Below, piece by piece: positions 1-10,542 of a stretch of 64,000 nucleotides of DNA. The notes beneath the pieces are model-generated. The model saw only the letters and a program-made list of their open reading frames with translations, was not told the origin of the DNA and ran no database searches. The stretch is taken from positions 24,850 through 88,849 of the forward strand of contig CALJTV010000009.1 in the NCBI GenBank assembly GCA_937975645.1, written 5' to 3'. Source of the DNA: an uncultured Dehalococcoidia bacterium. GTDB taxonomy: Bacteria > Chloroflexota > Dehalococcoidia > GIF9 > UBA5629. Each line of letters opens with the position of its first letter. Position 1 is the first letter of the stretch. A program made the position numbers and the translations under genes.

Positions 1-1
1 C

Positions 2-529
2 GTTTTCGGTCATGAACGACTCAGGGTGGAACTGTACGCCCTCTACGGGATATTCGTGGTGTCTGATGCCCATGATAGTGCCATCTGCCGTCCAGCAGGT
101 TACTTTGAGGCAATCGGGCAGTCCTTCGTTTGCCACCACAAGCGAGTGGTAACGTATAGCGGAGAAAGGGTTTGGCAGCCCCTTAAGTATACCCTGGTTG
201 TCGTGATATATCAGCGACGATTTCCCGTGCATAATCTCTTTTGCCCGCTGTATCGTGGCTCCAAATGTGTAGCCGATGCACTGATGACCCAAGCACACGC
301 CAAGTATGGGCAGCCTCGGAGAGAAGTGTCTGATAACCTCATTACAAATACCAGTGTTCAGTGGGGTCGACGGACCTGGTGATATGACTATAGCGTGTGG
401 TTTTATCTCTTCTATTTTTTCGAGGGTTATCCTGTCGTTGCGTTGTACTATTACCTTGGCACCAAGCTCGCTCAAGTACTGGTACAGGTTAAAAGTGAAG
501 CTATCGTAATTGTCAATTAGCAAAACCAT
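2..529 (-). CDS. trpG: Anthranilate synthase component II (glutamine amidotransferase), runs off the window edge
   Basis: Manual minus-strand translation from ATG at 529: [19 protein letters not shown]...ISPGP...LGVCLGHQ...RYHSL...GVQFHPES (class I GATase motifs). Lies directly downstream of trpE. Missing from the ORF track because there is no stop inside the window. Confidence 0.95.
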   Translation of the reverse strand, partial: MVLLIDNYDSFTFNLYQYLSELGAKVIVQRNDRITLEKIEEIKPHAIVISPGPSTPLNTGICNEVIRHFSPRLPILGVCLGHQCIGYTFGATIQRAKEIMHGKSSLIYHDNQGILKGLPNPFSAIRYHSLVVANEGLPDCLKVTCWTADGTIMGIRHHEYPVEGVQFHPESFMTEN

Positions 530-534
530 TGTCC

Positions 535-1986
535 TCACCTGTCCCCTTCGAGGTACTCTGCACGATCGATTGCCTGAAGCAAGGCTTTTGCCTTATTCAG
601 TGTCTCAGCAAATTCGCGTTCGGGAATGCTGTCGTAGACTATTCCACAGCCTGCTTGTATGTGGGTTATTCCGTCTTTTACCACCATGCTCCTTATGGTG
701 ATAGCCATGTCCATGTTGCCTGAAAAAGAGAAATAGCCCACTGCGCCGGCATAAGGTCCCCTTTTGTCCGGTTCAAGCTCGGCTATTATCTCCATCGCCC
801 GGATCTTGGGTGCACCGGAGACGGTGCCGGCAGGAAAACAGGCTTCAAGGGCGTGGAAAGGTGTCAAGTCGTGCCTCAGTTTGCCCTGTACATGTGTAAC
901 TAGGTGCATCACATGCGAGTATCGTTCTACCTCCATGAGCCTGCTCACATTCACGGTTCCGGGTTCGCTGATCCGCCCGATGTCATTACGTCCTAGATCG
1001 ACTAACATGATATGCTCAGCTCTTTCTTTTTCGTCGTTCCGCAGCTCCTGTTCCAGGGCGATGTCTTCTGTAGGACTCTTGCCCCGGGGTCTTGTGCCAG
1101 CCAGCGGACGGGTCATCACTATGCCATCTTCCACCCGAACTAGTATTTCAGGGGATGCTCCCAAGAGATGGAAATCCTTAAAGTTCAAAAAGAACATGTA
1201 TGGGGAGGGGTTCAGGGTGCGCAGTGCACGGTAGATTTCAAAGGGCTCGGCACTGGTGGGTCTTGCCAGACGCTGGGAAAGCACAACCTGTATAGCTTCG
1301 CCGGAGGTTATATATTCTTTGGCTTTGACGACACGAGCCTCGAACTGATCTTTAGTGAGGTTTGAGGAAAAACAGCAGCCGTTTGTGCTATGGTGCCGCT
1401 TCGAGTGCGCTTTTGCGCGTGGGAGCGGCTGCTTTAGTCTGTTTACCATGGCTTCAATCTTTTCCACGGCTTCGTTGTACGATTTCTCTCGGTCGCCATC
1501 GAGTTTTACGTGGCTCAGTATTTTGATCTTGTGGGTGACGTGGTCAAAGACGAGTATGGTGTCAACAAATAAAAATATAGATTCAGGCAGCCCTAGGGGA
1601 TCGCTGGTGGGAGAAGGCAGCCTTTCGAAATGTGTTGCCACCTCATAGCCCAAGTAGCCGACAGCGCCACCGCAGAACCTGGGCAGCTCTGGGATTGGCA
1701 CCACTCTGTACCGGTTGAGCTCTGCAGCTAACAGTGGTAGCGGATTAAGGTTGTCCTCCTTTCTAGTGATGAGGACACGGTATGGGTCAGTGCCTATGAA
1801 GCTATATCTCGCCAGTCGTTCAGCCCCTTCGACACTCTCGAGAAGGAATGAGTAATTGCCGCGGTTAATCTTAAGATAGGCAGACACCGGCGTCTCCAAG
1901 TCAGCAACGATTTCGCGGCAAACTGGGATAAGGTTACCTCGGCTTGTATCAAGTTTCTTCAGTTCTTCAAGGGTTGGATAGTACAT
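535..1986 (-). CDS. trpE: Anthranilate synthase component I
   Basis: [43 protein letters not shown] motifs; AAGGAGG RBS. Confidence 0.96.
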   Translation of the reverse strand: MYYPTLEELKKLDTSRGNLIPVCREIVADLETPVSAYLKINRGNYSFLLESVEGAERLARYSFIGTDPYRVLITRKEDNLNPLPLLAAELNRYRVVPIPELPRFCGGAVGYLGYEVATHFERLPSPTSDPLGLPESIFLFVDTILVFDHVTHKIKILSHVKLDGDREKSYNEAVEKIEAMVNRLKQPLPRAKAHSKRHHSTNGCCFSSNLTKDQFEARVVKAKEYITSGEAIQVVLSQRLARPTSAEPFEIYRALRTLNPSPYMFFLNFKDFHLLGASPEILVRVEDGIVMTRPLAGTRPRGKSPTEDIALEQELRNDEKERAEHIMLVDLGRNDIGRISEPGTVNVSRLMEVERYSHVMHLVTHVQGKLRHDLTPFHALEACFPAGTVSGAPKIRAMEIIAELEPDKRGPYAGAVGYFSFSGNMDMAITIRSMVVKDGITHIQAGCGIVYDSIPEREFAETLNKAKALLQAIDRAEYLEGDR

Positions 1987-2004
1987 ATCCCTCCTTGTGG
2001 CAAA

Positions 2005-2280
2005 TTAAAAACCTCTCGCTCCTAGGGGCGAGAGGTTTTACCTTCGCGGTGCCACCCTACTTAGCCATCTTTTAGTGGCTATCTCGTTTCAGGTACGGCT
2101 TGACTTCTCAAGCGATACCCTGGGCTTGGATAACGGTGCCCCTCCGTCAAAGCCTACTCGGTTCGACCCCTTTCGGTTTGCAGCTCCCGAGTCCATTCAG
2201 CCCCTGCGCCAGCACCGGCTCACACCTAACCCGGCTCTCTGAGCTTCGCTGGAGGCTTACTAGTCTCGTTCCCAGCTTTT
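2005..2280 (-). ncRNA. Tryptophan T-box riboswitch (stem I with UGG specifier, stem II, IIA/B, antiterminator, terminator)
   Basis: Minus strand shows AGTA...AGAGAG...GGTGTGA...GAA-TGG-A (specifier at 2195-2193), a CCGTTA F-box and the T-box AAGTAGGGTGGCACCGCG (UGGCACC bulge at 2054-2048), followed by a terminator, upstream of trpE. Confidence 0.93.
2006..2039 (-). terminator. Intrinsic terminator of the trp T-box leader
   Basis: AAAACCTCTCGC-cCCTAGGa-GCGAGAGGTTTTT hairpin with U tract. Confidence 0.88.
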
Positions 2281-2300
2281 GCCCTATTCTTTTGAGTTCA

Positions 2301-2329
2301 AGTATAAACCCAACCTGCCAAGTTGTCAA
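2301..2329 (-). promoter_or_regulatory. Sigma70-type promoter for T-box/trpEG
   Basis: TTGACA-N17-TATACT on the minus strand just upstream of T-box stem I. Confidence 0.8.
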
Positions 2330-2362
2330 GTGTGTGTTGGCTCTTTGTTAATTTGATATGTC

Positions 2363-2392
2363 TTGTCAGTGGTTACGTTAGCTTGCTATAAT
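2363..2392 (+). promoter_or_regulatory. Sigma70-type promoter for riboswitch/tupABC
   Basis: TTGTCA-N18-TATAAT with extended -10 TGn. Confidence 0.7.
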
Positions 2393-2409
2393 GCAGATGC
2401 TCGAAGTTA

Positions 2410-2510
2410 AGGCTTTCCGAGCCTTTTGTCCTAAAGGTCAAAACCTAGGGACAGTGGCCGATAGGGTATCACTGGAAACGGTGGTACCTCCCGTGTTCGG
2501 AAAGGAGAGC
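2410..2510 (+). ncRNA. Moco RNA motif riboswitch, P3-less (tungsten-cofactor-type) variant
   Basis: CTTTCCGA...TCGGAAAGGAG (P1 sequesters the RBS); GCC-TTT-TGTCC...GGACA-GT-GGC (P2); AGGGTATCACTG-GAAA-CGGTGGTACCTCCCGT (P4/P5). Only CGAT lies between P2 and P4, so there is no P3. Upstream of a tungstate ABC transporter. Confidence 0.85.
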
Positions 2511-2516
2511 TGGTTT

Positions 2517-3374
2517 TTGAATATAAGACTCACCTGCTGTGTCCTGCTGGTCGTCCTGTTCCTTATTCTCTCAATAGCGGTTGGCTGTATTCCCACCAGA
2601 GACGATATAACCCAGCCTAAGCTGAAGGTAGCCAGCACCACGAGCCTGTGCGATTCTGGGCTTTGGGAATGGCTTGAGCCGCTTTTTGAGGCAAAATATA
2701 GGACTGATCTGCAGGTACTATGTGTTGGCACCGGCGTAGCCATGCGCTATGGAGAGAGAGGGGATGTGGATGCGATTGTTGTTCATGACCCAGAAAGGGA
2801 GGAGAAGTTTATTTCTCAGGGGTATGGGGCTGTGCGAATGCCGTTTGCCTGTAATAAGTTTCTCATTGTGGGACCTGAAGATGACCCGGCGCGTATAAGG
2901 GGGCTGAAGCCGGAAGAAGCGTTTGCTAGGTTAGCTGCGTATGGTGATGCTACTTTCGTCTCCCGTGGTGACGAGTCCGGCACACATGTCAGGGAGAAAG
3001 AAATATGGCGGATGGTGGGTATCAATCATGAGCAGATTACGAAGGAACAGTGGTATGTGGAAGTTGGGTCAGGTATGGGCTTAACTTTGCAACTAGCTGC
3101 CGAGAGAAGAGGCTACACGCTTACTGACAGGGCAACTTTTCTAACCTTTAGAAAAAAGCTGGACATTGTGCCTCTGGTTGAGGAGGGCGAGATCATGCTC
3201 AATGTTTATTCAATTATCGTCGTCAATCCTGAGAAATGCCCCGGGGTGAATTATCAAGCTGCAAAGCTGCTTTCAGACTTTTTGCTCTCTAAAGAGGTGC
3301 AAGCTGTGTTGACTGATTACGGGGTGCAAGCATATGGGGAGCGGCTGTTCCTTCCCTGCTGCGATTGTAATTAG
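2517..3374 (+). CDS. tupA: Tungstate ABC transporter substrate-binding lipoprotein
   Basis: STTS-x-x-DSG, VGTG, SRGDESGTH, YTLTDRAT motifs; lipobox AVGC. Start reassigned to TTG 2517 after AAGGAG, because the track's ATG at 2391 sits inside the -10 box. Confidence 0.9.
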   Translation: MNIRLTCCVLLVVLFLILSIAVGCIPTRDDITQPKLKVASTTSLCDSGLWEWLEPLFEAKYRTDLQVLCVGTGVAMRYGERGDVDAIVVHDPEREEKFISQGYGAVRMPFACNKFLIVGPEDDPARIRGLKPEEAFARLAAYGDATFVSRGDESGTHVREKEIWRMVGINHEQITKEQWYVEVGSGMGLTLQLAAERRGYTLTDRATFLTFRKKLDIVPLVEEGEIMLNVYSIIVVNPEKCPGVNYQAAKLLSDFLLSKEVQAVLTDYGVQAYGERLFLPCCDCN

Positions 3375-3422
3375 GAATTTTCACGGTGCTACCCGGATCT
3401 AATTCAGTCGGCTGATAAAGCA

Positions 3423-4109
3423 ATGGAAGAACTAGGGCGTGGCTTCGTTAAGGCGGTAGAGCTCATCGTCTCCCTTGATGCGGAGGTAGTGGAGATAACT
3501 GTGAGGTCACTGATGATCTCAGCGACATCTTGTGGTATTGCTTGTGCCATCTGCTTTCCACTGGGGGGACTGGTGCATTTCAGTTCTTTTCCGGGAAAAA
3601 AGTTGTTCATGAGCTTGGTGCAGACCCTGTACAGTCTGCCTACAGTGCTAGTAGGGCTGTTTGTTTTTGTGCTGCTCTCACGCTCGGGACCGCTTGGTAG
3701 CTTGGGGCTGCTGTTCACTCCAGCAGCCATGGTAATAGGGCAGGTAATTTTTGTCAGTCCGATTGTGCTCGGACTGGCTGTGTCTGCTTTGAATGGCTTG
3801 GACATCGCTTTGTACGACGCAGCCGTGGGTCTTGGTGCCAGCAAGTTTCAGGCTGTTTTACAGGTGATGAGAGAAGCCCGCTATGGCCTGCTTACAGCGG
3901 CGGTGATGGGTTTCGGGAGAGCTATCTCCGAGGTAGGGCTATCATTGATGGTTGGTGGTAATATAAAGGGGTTCACACGTACATTGACCACTGCCATTTC
4001 CCTTGAGACCTCCAAGGGCAACATTGAGCTGTCGATAGCACTGGGAATAGTATTGCTAGTGTTAGCCCTGATGGTGAATCTAGTAACAGGTTGGTTGCAA
4101 CGCAGGTAA
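3423..4109 (+). CDS. tupB: Tungstate ABC transporter permease
   Basis: LLSRSGPLG, FGRAISEVG, GGNI, TRTLTTAISLET motifs; hydrophobic. Confidence 0.92.
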   Translation: MEELGRGFVKAVELIVSLDAEVVEITVRSLMISATSCGIACAICFPLGGLVHFSSFPGKKLFMSLVQTLYSLPTVLVGLFVFVLLSRSGPLGSLGLLFTPAAMVIGQVIFVSPIVLGLAVSALNGLDIALYDAAVGLGASKFQAVLQVMREARYGLLTAAVMGFGRAISEVGLSLMVGGNIKGFTRTLTTAISLETSKGNIELSIALGIVLLVLALMVNLVTGWLQRR

Positions 4110-4110
4110 A

Positions 4111-5202
4111 ATGGCATTGATAGAGGCTATCAAGCTGGAAAAATATTATCAGGGCAGGCAGGTGCTGAGAGGCATAAGTCTACAAATCGATAAAGGGGAA
4201 GTTTTGGCTCTTATAGGTCCCCGTGGTGCTGGGAAAACCACGCTTCTCAGAATCCTAGGCCTCCTGGAGCTACCATCAAGGGGCGAGGTCTATTTTGATG
4301 GTGTCAATGTGACTTCATCTGGACGTTTAAGGCTCTGGGCAAGGCGTAGGATGTCCTTTGTGGCGCAAAAGCCGGTGGTGTTTTCAGGGAGCGTTCGGGA
4401 CAATGTTGCCTGTGGTCTCAAGTGGCGTGGCAGAAACTCAAAGTCGGCGGCGGACAGGATCGAGGCTGCCCTGGGACTGATAGGGATGTCCGAATATGCT
4501 GACCGGGACGCTAAAGCCCTTTCTGTAGGCGAGATGCAGATGATGGCTCTATCCCGGGCACTGGTCGGCGAGCCAGAGGTGCTGTTTTTGGACGAGCCTA
4601 CAGCTAGTCTTGATCCAGTGTCAGCAGCAAGGGTAGAGACGGTTCTAGAGCGGCTAATTAAACTGCGAAATATGACAGTTGTGATGACAACCCATGATAT
4701 GGGGCAAGGACAAAGACTGGCATGGCGCATTGGGGTGTTGATGGCTGGGGAGTTGCTTCAAACAGGTGAACCCCGTGAGATATTCTGCTCGCCGGCGACC
4801 AGAGAGGTGGCAGAGTTCGTCGGTGTGGAGAATATTCTAGCAGGCGAGGTGGTAAGCAAGAGCGATAGCCTGGCGGTGATAGACATTGGTGGAGCTAGGC
4901 TGGAGGCACTCACCGAATGTAGGTTGGGTGACTTGGTGTGGGTAACCATCAGACCAGAGGATGTCACTTTTGCCAGGGTAAGAGAGCAGACCAGTGCAAG
5001 AAATGTGTTTCGGGGTGTTGTAACCAAAGTGGCAGGTGTTGGTGCTCTATTGCGGATTGAGGTTGACTGTGGTTTTCCTTTATTGGGAGTGTTGACTAAG
5101 AAATCGGCTGAGGATATGGGCATTGAGCGAGGTGATGAGGTCTATGTCAGCTTCAAAGCTACTACTGTGCATGTGATCAGGCGCCAGCAGTTAAAGCTCT
5201 GA
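4111..5202 (+). CDS. tupC: Tungstate/molybdate ABC ATPase with C-terminal TOBE domains
   Basis: Walker A GPRGAGKT, LFLDEPT, SARN TOBE motif; 1 nt after tupB. Confidence 0.88.
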   Translation: MALIEAIKLEKYYQGRQVLRGISLQIDKGEVLALIGPRGAGKTTLLRILGLLELPSRGEVYFDGVNVTSSGRLRLWARRRMSFVAQKPVVFSGSVRDNVACGLKWRGRNSKSAADRIEAALGLIGMSEYADRDAKALSVGEMQMMALSRALVGEPEVLFLDEPTASLDPVSAARVETVLERLIKLRNMTVVMTTHDMGQGQRLAWRIGVLMAGELLQTGEPREIFCSPATREVAEFVGVENILAGEVVSKSDSLAVIDIGGARLEALTECRLGDLVWVTIRPEDVTFARVREQTSARNVFRGVVTKVAGVGALLRIEVDCGFPLLGVLTKKSAEDMGIERGDEVYVSFKATTVHVIRRQQLKL

Positions 5203-5233
5203 GCGCTAAGACGTTTTTTACAAGGGGAGTTTT

Positions 5234-5896
5234 TCATGTTTTCCTGTGGTTTTGTAACTGCTGAAGGAGCCAGGAACACCAAGCTTCAATCCCATGGCCG
5301 GATTTACAGGACACCTCAAAAATAGTCACTCTGGGGTTCAGGCCAGTGACCTTTTTATGAAAGCCGGCGAGGTCGAATTCCTGTAATGGGAGGAGGTCAA
5401 TTTTGTTTATTACCACCGCATCAGCTAGAGAGAACATAATAGGGTACTTGGCTGGTTTGTCGTCGCCTTCAGCAATACTTGAGACCACTACTTTCCTGTG
5501 CTCGCCAAGGGAAAAACCCGCCGGACAGATCAAATTGCCCACGTTCTCGATAAATAGCAAATCAATAGTCTTCAACGGCAGCTTCTCCAGCGCATTGGTA
5601 ATCATATGGGCTTCTAGGGAGCAGCTACCACCAGTGTTTATCTGGACTACGGGGATCCCCTCTTTGCTGATTCTATCGGCATCTATTTTGGAGGCGATGT
5701 CGCCTTCGATAACAGCCAGCCGTAATTGGTGACGCAGGTGTGCTATCGTGCCCAGGAGGAGGCTGGTCTTACCGGCGCCCGGAGACGACATGAGGTTAAT
5801 GGCTAGGATATTGTATCTGTCAAGCAGTCCTCTGTTTTGGGCAGCTATAGCATCGTTGGCACTGGCAATATTTTTTAGTACTTTTATTCGTTTCAT
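5234..5896 (-). CDS. hypB: Hydrogenase nickel incorporation GTPase
   Basis: SSPGAGKT, IEGD, ENVGNLICPA, EGDDKPAKYP, NKID; start at MKRIKV (5896). Confidence 0.95.
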   Translation of the reverse strand: MKRIKVLKNIASANDAIAAQNRGLLDRYNILAINLMSSPGAGKTSLLLGTIAHLRHQLRLAVIEGDIASKIDADRISKEGIPVVQINTGGSCSLEAHMITNALEKLPLKTIDLLFIENVGNLICPAGFSLGEHRKVVVSSIAEGDDKPAKYPIMFSLADAVVINKIDLLPLQEFDLAGFHKKVTGLNPRVTIFEVSCKSGHGIEAWCSWLLQQLQNHRKT

Positions 5897-5901
5897 CGCA
5901 T

Positions 5902-6243
5902 CTATTCGACCTCTATGCTTTCGATGAAGCAGCTCTGCCCATTTGTTATCTCCAGATTGGTGCTGCGGCAGCAAGGACATGCCCAGCTAGAGTCTTCAAG
6001 CTTGAAACTGGTCTGGCAATCACGACAGTGCAGCTCGGCAGGCACCGTCTCGAAATCGATGCTCGCATTTTGAGCGATGCTGTCTTTTTTCAAGAAGTCA
6101 AAGTAGAACTGTATGCACTCTCCGACGACCCCAGATAGTTCCCCTATGATGAGTCTAATTTTTGTTATCTGGCTTGCCTGTGCTGCCTTAGCTTCGTTTA
6201 TAGCGATATCAAGTATGTTTTGCGTTATGGCTAGTTCATGCAC
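5902..6243 (-). CDS. hypA: Hydrogenase nickel metallochaperone
   Basis: N-terminal MHE and two CxxC motifs; GTG start. Confidence 0.95.
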   Translation of the reverse strand: MHELAITQNILDIAINEAKAAQASQITKIRLIIGELSGVVGECIQFYFDFLKKDSIAQNASIDFETVPAELHCRDCQTSFKLEDSSWACPCCRSTNLEITNGQSCFIESIEVE

Positions 6244-6287
6244 TGCTGTTTGAGGGCTCTATACAGTTTTCCAATCAACCCAGTGAT

Positions 6288-6316
6288 TATAGACTTTTAC
6301 CTTACATATTTCAAAG
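6288..6316 (-). promoter_or_regulatory. Putative hypAB promoter
   Basis: TTGAAA-N17-TATAAT on the minus strand. Confidence 0.65.
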
Positions 6317-6470
6317 TACACCCAAATTCCCATTATGGATCTATGCCTGTTGATGCTGTTCCTTAAGATAGAGTCTGTCTTTGTCTCTCCTCCTTGACAA
6401 AAGGCAAGCGAACGGCTAAATTCTGTTACCAACTGTTCTACTTGTGGTTAGTCTAAACTAAGAGGGGGTC

Positions 6471-7469
6471 ATGATAATTGCCGTTGATGCTGAAGGGGGT
6501 GACTATGCCCCTCGTGAAGTAGTGAGGGGTGCCATTGCGGCTGTACGGCAATATCCGATTGAGATAGTGCTTGTGGGCAAAAAGGCGATCCTTGAGATGC
6601 TTCTACGCCGTTATTCCAAGGTGTCCGGAATCTCTATTATTGATGCCAGAGAAGTTGTTCGGGACGACGAAGACCCGGTACAGGCTGTGCAGAGTAAGCC
6701 GGATTCTTCTGTAGTCATTGGTGCTAGACTGGTACACGATAGAGTTGTGGATGGCTTTGTTTCTGCGGGGAGCACAGGTGCTACAGTGGTTGCCTCCTTC
6801 CTCAGCTTGAAGATGATCCCGGGCATCCAGAGGATGGGTATCTGTGCTGTTGCTGACCTCAATCAGCCACAACCAACGCTTATCATCGATGTAGGGGTGA
6901 ATGTGAACTGCAAACCGATATTTCTGGTGCAATTTGCACAGCTTGCAAACATACTGGCAGAACATGTCCTAGAAATAAAGTCCCCAAGGGTGGGACTGTT
7001 AAATGTCGGTGAGGAGGAACTAAAAGGCAGTGCCCTAGCTCGAGAAGCGTACCAGATGTTGAAGAAAACTAATCTGAACTTTATCGGAAATGTGGAGGGG
7101 TTCGATGTACTACGGGGCAAAGCTGACATAATCGTCACCGATGGCTTCACCGGCAATGTGCTTATCAAGACTATAGAAGGATACTCCGAGGTTGTTCAGG
7201 AGCTGCTAGAGCTTGGTGAGCTGGCGGGGATCGATCGGTATTTGACGGGACCGGCGTTAGCACAATACGTACAGCTCACCTCTGTGGTTAGGAAACTGGA
7301 CTACAAACAATATGGTGGTGCCTGTTTACTAGGTCTGGAGGGTAACATCGTCATAGCCCATGGTCGCAGTCGCTCGACAGCTATCAGGAATGCAATCTAT
7401 CTGGCTTACTTGGCTGCAAAGCAAGGCATAGTAGAGGCTCTTAAGGCGAGTGCCTATGCCACGGAGTAG
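6471..7469 (+). CDS. plsX: Phosphate acyltransferase
   Basis: IAVDAEGGDYAP, SAGSTGA, LLNVGEEELKG, FIGNVEG, VTDGFTGN, YGGA.LLG, AHGRS; TTGACA-N17-TAAATT promoter upstream. Confidence 0.95.
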   Translation: MIIAVDAEGGDYAPREVVRGAIAAVRQYPIEIVLVGKKAILEMLLRRYSKVSGISIIDAREVVRDDEDPVQAVQSKPDSSVVIGARLVHDRVVDGFVSAGSTGATVVASFLSLKMIPGIQRMGICAVADLNQPQPTLIIDVGVNVNCKPIFLVQFAQLANILAEHVLEIKSPRVGLLNVGEEELKGSALAREAYQMLKKTNLNFIGNVEGFDVLRGKADIIVTDGFTGNVLIKTIEGYSEVVQELLELGELAGIDRYLTGPALAQYVQLTSVVRKLDYKQYGGACLLGLEGNIVIAHGRSRSTAIRNAIYLAYLAAKQGIVEALKASAYATE

Positions 7470-7500
7470 ACGGTCTATTGCAAAGCTTCTGGATCTACTA

Positions 7501-10101
7501 TCACGTCGTGGTTACAACAGCCCTACTCTTGGTGAACAGTATCTTACCCTCTTTGGCATCGATTTCGATCTTATCGCCGTCCTTGAACTCCCCTTCGAGT
7601 ACCTTCATGGCTAAGGGATCGAGTATCAATCTCTGAATTGCCCGTCGAAGAGGTCGGGCACCATATGCAGGGTCATAGCCTTCTCTGATCAGAAGTTCCT
7701 TGGCAGTTTCGGAAAGCCTGATATCTATGTGACGGTTGGCGAGCCGCCTTCTAACATTTTCAAGTTGTAAGTCCACGATTTGTTTTATATGTTCGATGCT
7801 TAGGGGATGGAATATTATTATTTCGTCTATGCGGTTGAGGAACTCTGGACGGAACTGCGCCCTAAGCGCTTCTAAAGTTCGGCGCCGTATTTCGTTCTCT
7901 TGCCCCGGACCGAGGTCTACGATCCACTGGCTCCCCAGGTTGCTGGTCATTATCAGGACGGTGTTTTTGAAGTCCACAGTACGCCCGTGACCATCGGTTA
8001 GACGCCCGTCATCCAGTATTTGCAGCAGGACGTTGAACACATCGGGATGCGCCTTTTCTATTTCGTCCAGCAGTACCACGGTATAGGGGCGGCGTCTTAC
8101 TGCCTCGGTGAGTTGACCACCCTCTTCGTAGCCCACGTAACCCGGCGGAGCACCTATAAGCCGTGATACGGTATGTTTTTCCATATATTCTGACATGTCA
8201 AGACGAACCATGGCTCGTTCGTCGTCAAACAGAAATTCAGCCAATGCTCGTGCCAGTTCTGTTTTACCCACGCCGGTAGGTCCAAGGAAGATGAAGCTCC
8301 CTAGCGGGCGGTTCGGATCCTGAATGCCGGCGCGAGCACGTCGGATAACGTTGGCAACGGCTTTAACAGCCTCGTCCTGCCCTACAATGCGCTTATGTAG
8401 GCGTTCCTCCATGTGAACGAGCTTCTGAATTTCGCCTTCCAGCAATCGGCTTACCGGTATTCCTGTCCAGCGGCTGACCACCTCGGCGATGTCTTCTTCA
8501 TCTACCTCTTCTTTAAGCAAGCGCTGTCCCTTTCTGGTGGAAAGTATTTCCTCCTTTCTCTTCAGCTGTTTCTCCAGTTCCACTAGTGTACCATATTTAA
8601 GTTGAGCCGCCTTTTCAAAGTCTGCTGCGCGCTCTGATTTTTCTATCTCGTGCCTCACTTGTTCTAGGTGTTCTTTGAGCTGTTGTAGTTCATGGATGTC
8701 CTTTTTCTCCTCCTCCCACTGCATTCGTAGCCTGCGCTCCTCCTCTTTCAAGTTTGACAGCTCCTTTTCTAGGGCGTTCAGTCTTTCTTTTGAGACGGCA
8801 TCCTGTTCTTTTCTTAAGGCTTCCCTTTCTATCTCGAGCTGCATGATGCGGCGTGTAACTTCATCCAATTCTGCTGGCATACTGTCGATCTCAGTTCTCA
8901 ATTTGGCGGCAGCTTCGTCTACTAGGTCTATAGCCTTGTCCGGCAGGAAACGCTCGGAGATGTAACGGTTTGAGAGCACTGCTGCCGCTACCAGGGCTGA
9001 GTCCTTTATGCGCACCCCGTGATGTACTTCGTAGCGTTCTTTAAGACCACGGAGGATGGAGATGGTGTCCTCCACTGAAGGCTCGTTGACAATTATGGGC
9101 TGGAACCTCCTTTCTAAAGCGGCGTCCTTCTCTATATGCTTGCGGTACTCATCTAGGGTGGTGGCACCGATACAGTGTAGTTCACCACGAGCTAGCATAG
9201 GTTTCAGCATGTTTGAAGCATCTATCGCCCCTTCGGCAGCGCCGGCACCGACTACGGTGTGTAGTTCGTCGATGAACAGGATTATTTCGCCTTCTGATTG
9301 CTGGATTTCCTTAAGGACTGCCTTGAGTCTGTCTTCAAATTCGCCGCGGTACTTGGCTCCGGCTATCAGTGCACCCATATCCAGTGCCACGATGCGCTTG
9401 TTTTTCAGCCCTTCAGGAACATCGCCCCGGACTATACGCTGGGCTAATCCTTCGACGATGGCTGTCTTGCCAACGCCTGGCTCGCCGATAAGGACAGGGT
9501 TGTTCTTTGTCCTCCTGGACAGCACTTGGATCACCCGTCTGATTTCCTCGTCGCGACCTATTACTGGGTCCAGCTTACCCCGGCGGGCGATATCAGTGAG
9601 GTCGCGTCCGTACTTTTCCAACGCCTGGTATTTACCCTCAGGGTTAGGATCGGTCACTCTCTGACTGCCCCTTACGGAAGCCAGCACCTGGTAAACATTG
9701 TCCTTGGTCACGCCATGGACTTTGAGAATTCGTGCTGCGCTGGTATTTTCTGTTTCCAGGATAGCCAGCAATAGATGCTCTGTGCTGATATATTCGTCCT
9801 TAAATCTACTAGCCTCCTTTTCAGCCATATCCAGCACCTGCTTTAGGCGCGGTGATACGTAGACCTGCACTGGTCCATATGCCTTAGCTAAACGCCCCAA
9901 CTCACTTTCAAGCTGGCGTCTTATCGAACTTGTGTCAGCGCCTAGCTTTGACAGAATCTGTGGTACTATTCCACCTTCCTGTTCCACAAGGGTGCAAAGC
10001 AGATGCTCTGTATCGACCTGGGTGTGATTGTGCTCTTCGGCAAGCTTTTGGGCTGCCAGCAGAGCCTCCTGTGCCTTTTCAGTGAACTTGTTTATGTTCA
10101 T
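7501..10101 (-). CDS. clpB: ATP-dependent disaggregase ClpB
   Basis: Two AAA+ modules ([16 protein letters not shown]), long coiled-coil M domain, 866 aa. Confidence 0.97.
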   Translation of the reverse strand: MNINKFTEKAQEALLAAQKLAEEHNHTQVDTEHLLCTLVEQEGGIVPQILSKLGADTSSIRRQLESELGRLAKAYGPVQVYVSPRLKQVLDMAEKEASRFKDEYISTEHLLLAILETENTSAARILKVHGVTKDNVYQVLASVRGSQRVTDPNPEGKYQALEKYGRDLTDIARRGKLDPVIGRDEEIRRVIQVLSRRTKNNPVLIGEPGVGKTAIVEGLAQRIVRGDVPEGLKNKRIVALDMGALIAGAKYRGEFEDRLKAVLKEIQQSEGEIILFIDELHTVVGAGAAEGAIDASNMLKPMLARGELHCIGATTLDEYRKHIEKDAALERRFQPIIVNEPSVEDTISILRGLKERYEVHHGVRIKDSALVAAAVLSNRYISERFLPDKAIDLVDEAAAKLRTEIDSMPAELDEVTRRIMQLEIEREALRKEQDAVSKERLNALEKELSNLKEEERRLRMQWEEEKKDIHELQQLKEHLEQVRHEIEKSERAADFEKAAQLKYGTLVELEKQLKRKEEILSTRKGQRLLKEEVDEEDIAEVVSRWTGIPVSRLLEGEIQKLVHMEERLHKRIVGQDEAVKAVANVIRRARAGIQDPNRPLGSFIFLGPTGVGKTELARALAEFLFDDERAMVRLDMSEYMEKHTVSRLIGAPPGYVGYEEGGQLTEAVRRRPYTVVLLDEIEKAHPDVFNVLLQILDDGRLTDGHGRTVDFKNTVLIMTSNLGSQWIVDLGPGQENEIRRRTLEALRAQFRPEFLNRIDEIIIFHPLSIEHIKQIVDLQLENVRRRLANRHIDIRLSETAKELLIREGYDPAYGARPLRRAIQRLILDPLAMKVLEGEFKDGDKIEIDAKEGKILFTKSRAVVTTT

Positions 10102-10501
10102 TGCTTCTCCTTCCCTCTACGAGTTTGTTGCGAAAAGCCTTAGCTGGGGTACAGGTCTCCAGAATCTGGATGGTCTCGTCCAGGAAGCTGAAAACCTGTT
10201 GCTGGGGGCTATCCTCTGTGCTAATCATCGAGGCAAGCAGCTTTCTGAGCTCCACGAGCCTTTCCCTAATATCTAAGGCGAGGCGTAAGCCTGCCAAATT
10301 CAAGCCGCCCTCTTCAACCAGATGCTTTATCATCCTTAGGCGGGCTATGTCGTCATCAGAGTATAAGCGCAGTCCGTGTTGCCGAGCTGGCAACAATAGC
10401 CCAGCCTTTTCGTACTTGCGCAGCGTCTGCGGATGCATGCCCGTGAGCCTTGCAGCTATTCCCATTATGTACACACCATTACAGGGTTCCTTGACCTCCA
10501 T
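10079..10501 (-). CDS. hspR: MerR-family HspR-like heat-shock repressor
   Basis: [16 protein letters not shown]...RLYS...GLNLAG; overlaps the clpB start by 23 nt. Confidence 0.8.
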   Translation of the reverse strand: MEVKEPCNGVYIMGIAARLTGMHPQTLRKYEKAGLLLPARQHGLRLYSDDDIARLRMIKHLVEEGGLNLAGLRLALDIRERLVELRKLLASMISTEDSPQQQVFSFLDETIQILETCTPAKAFRNKLVEGRRSNEHKQVH

Positions 10502-10542
10502 GTCAGTACCTCGATTATCGGGTTAGAACTTATTTCACAAAT

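Noticed and set aside
26..382. 118-aa plus-strand ORF
   Set aside because: Antisense shadow of trpG, which has clear GATase motifs on the minus strand.
2100..2351. Short ORFs 2100..2351(+) and 2147..2329(-) as a possible trp leader peptide
   Set aside because: The region is fully explained by the T-box RNA and its promoter; the minus ORF's TTG start is the -35 box.
2391..2516. 42-aa N-terminal extension of TupA in the ORF track
   Set aside because: The ATG lies in the -10 box and the extension overlaps the riboswitch; RBS and signal peptide fit TTG 2517.
9056..9664. Long antisense ORFs (e.g. 9056..9664, 32225..32917, 56210..56989, 61238..61933)
   Set aside because: Each lies opposite a well-conserved gene and shows no recognisable motifs; typical codon-bias shadows.
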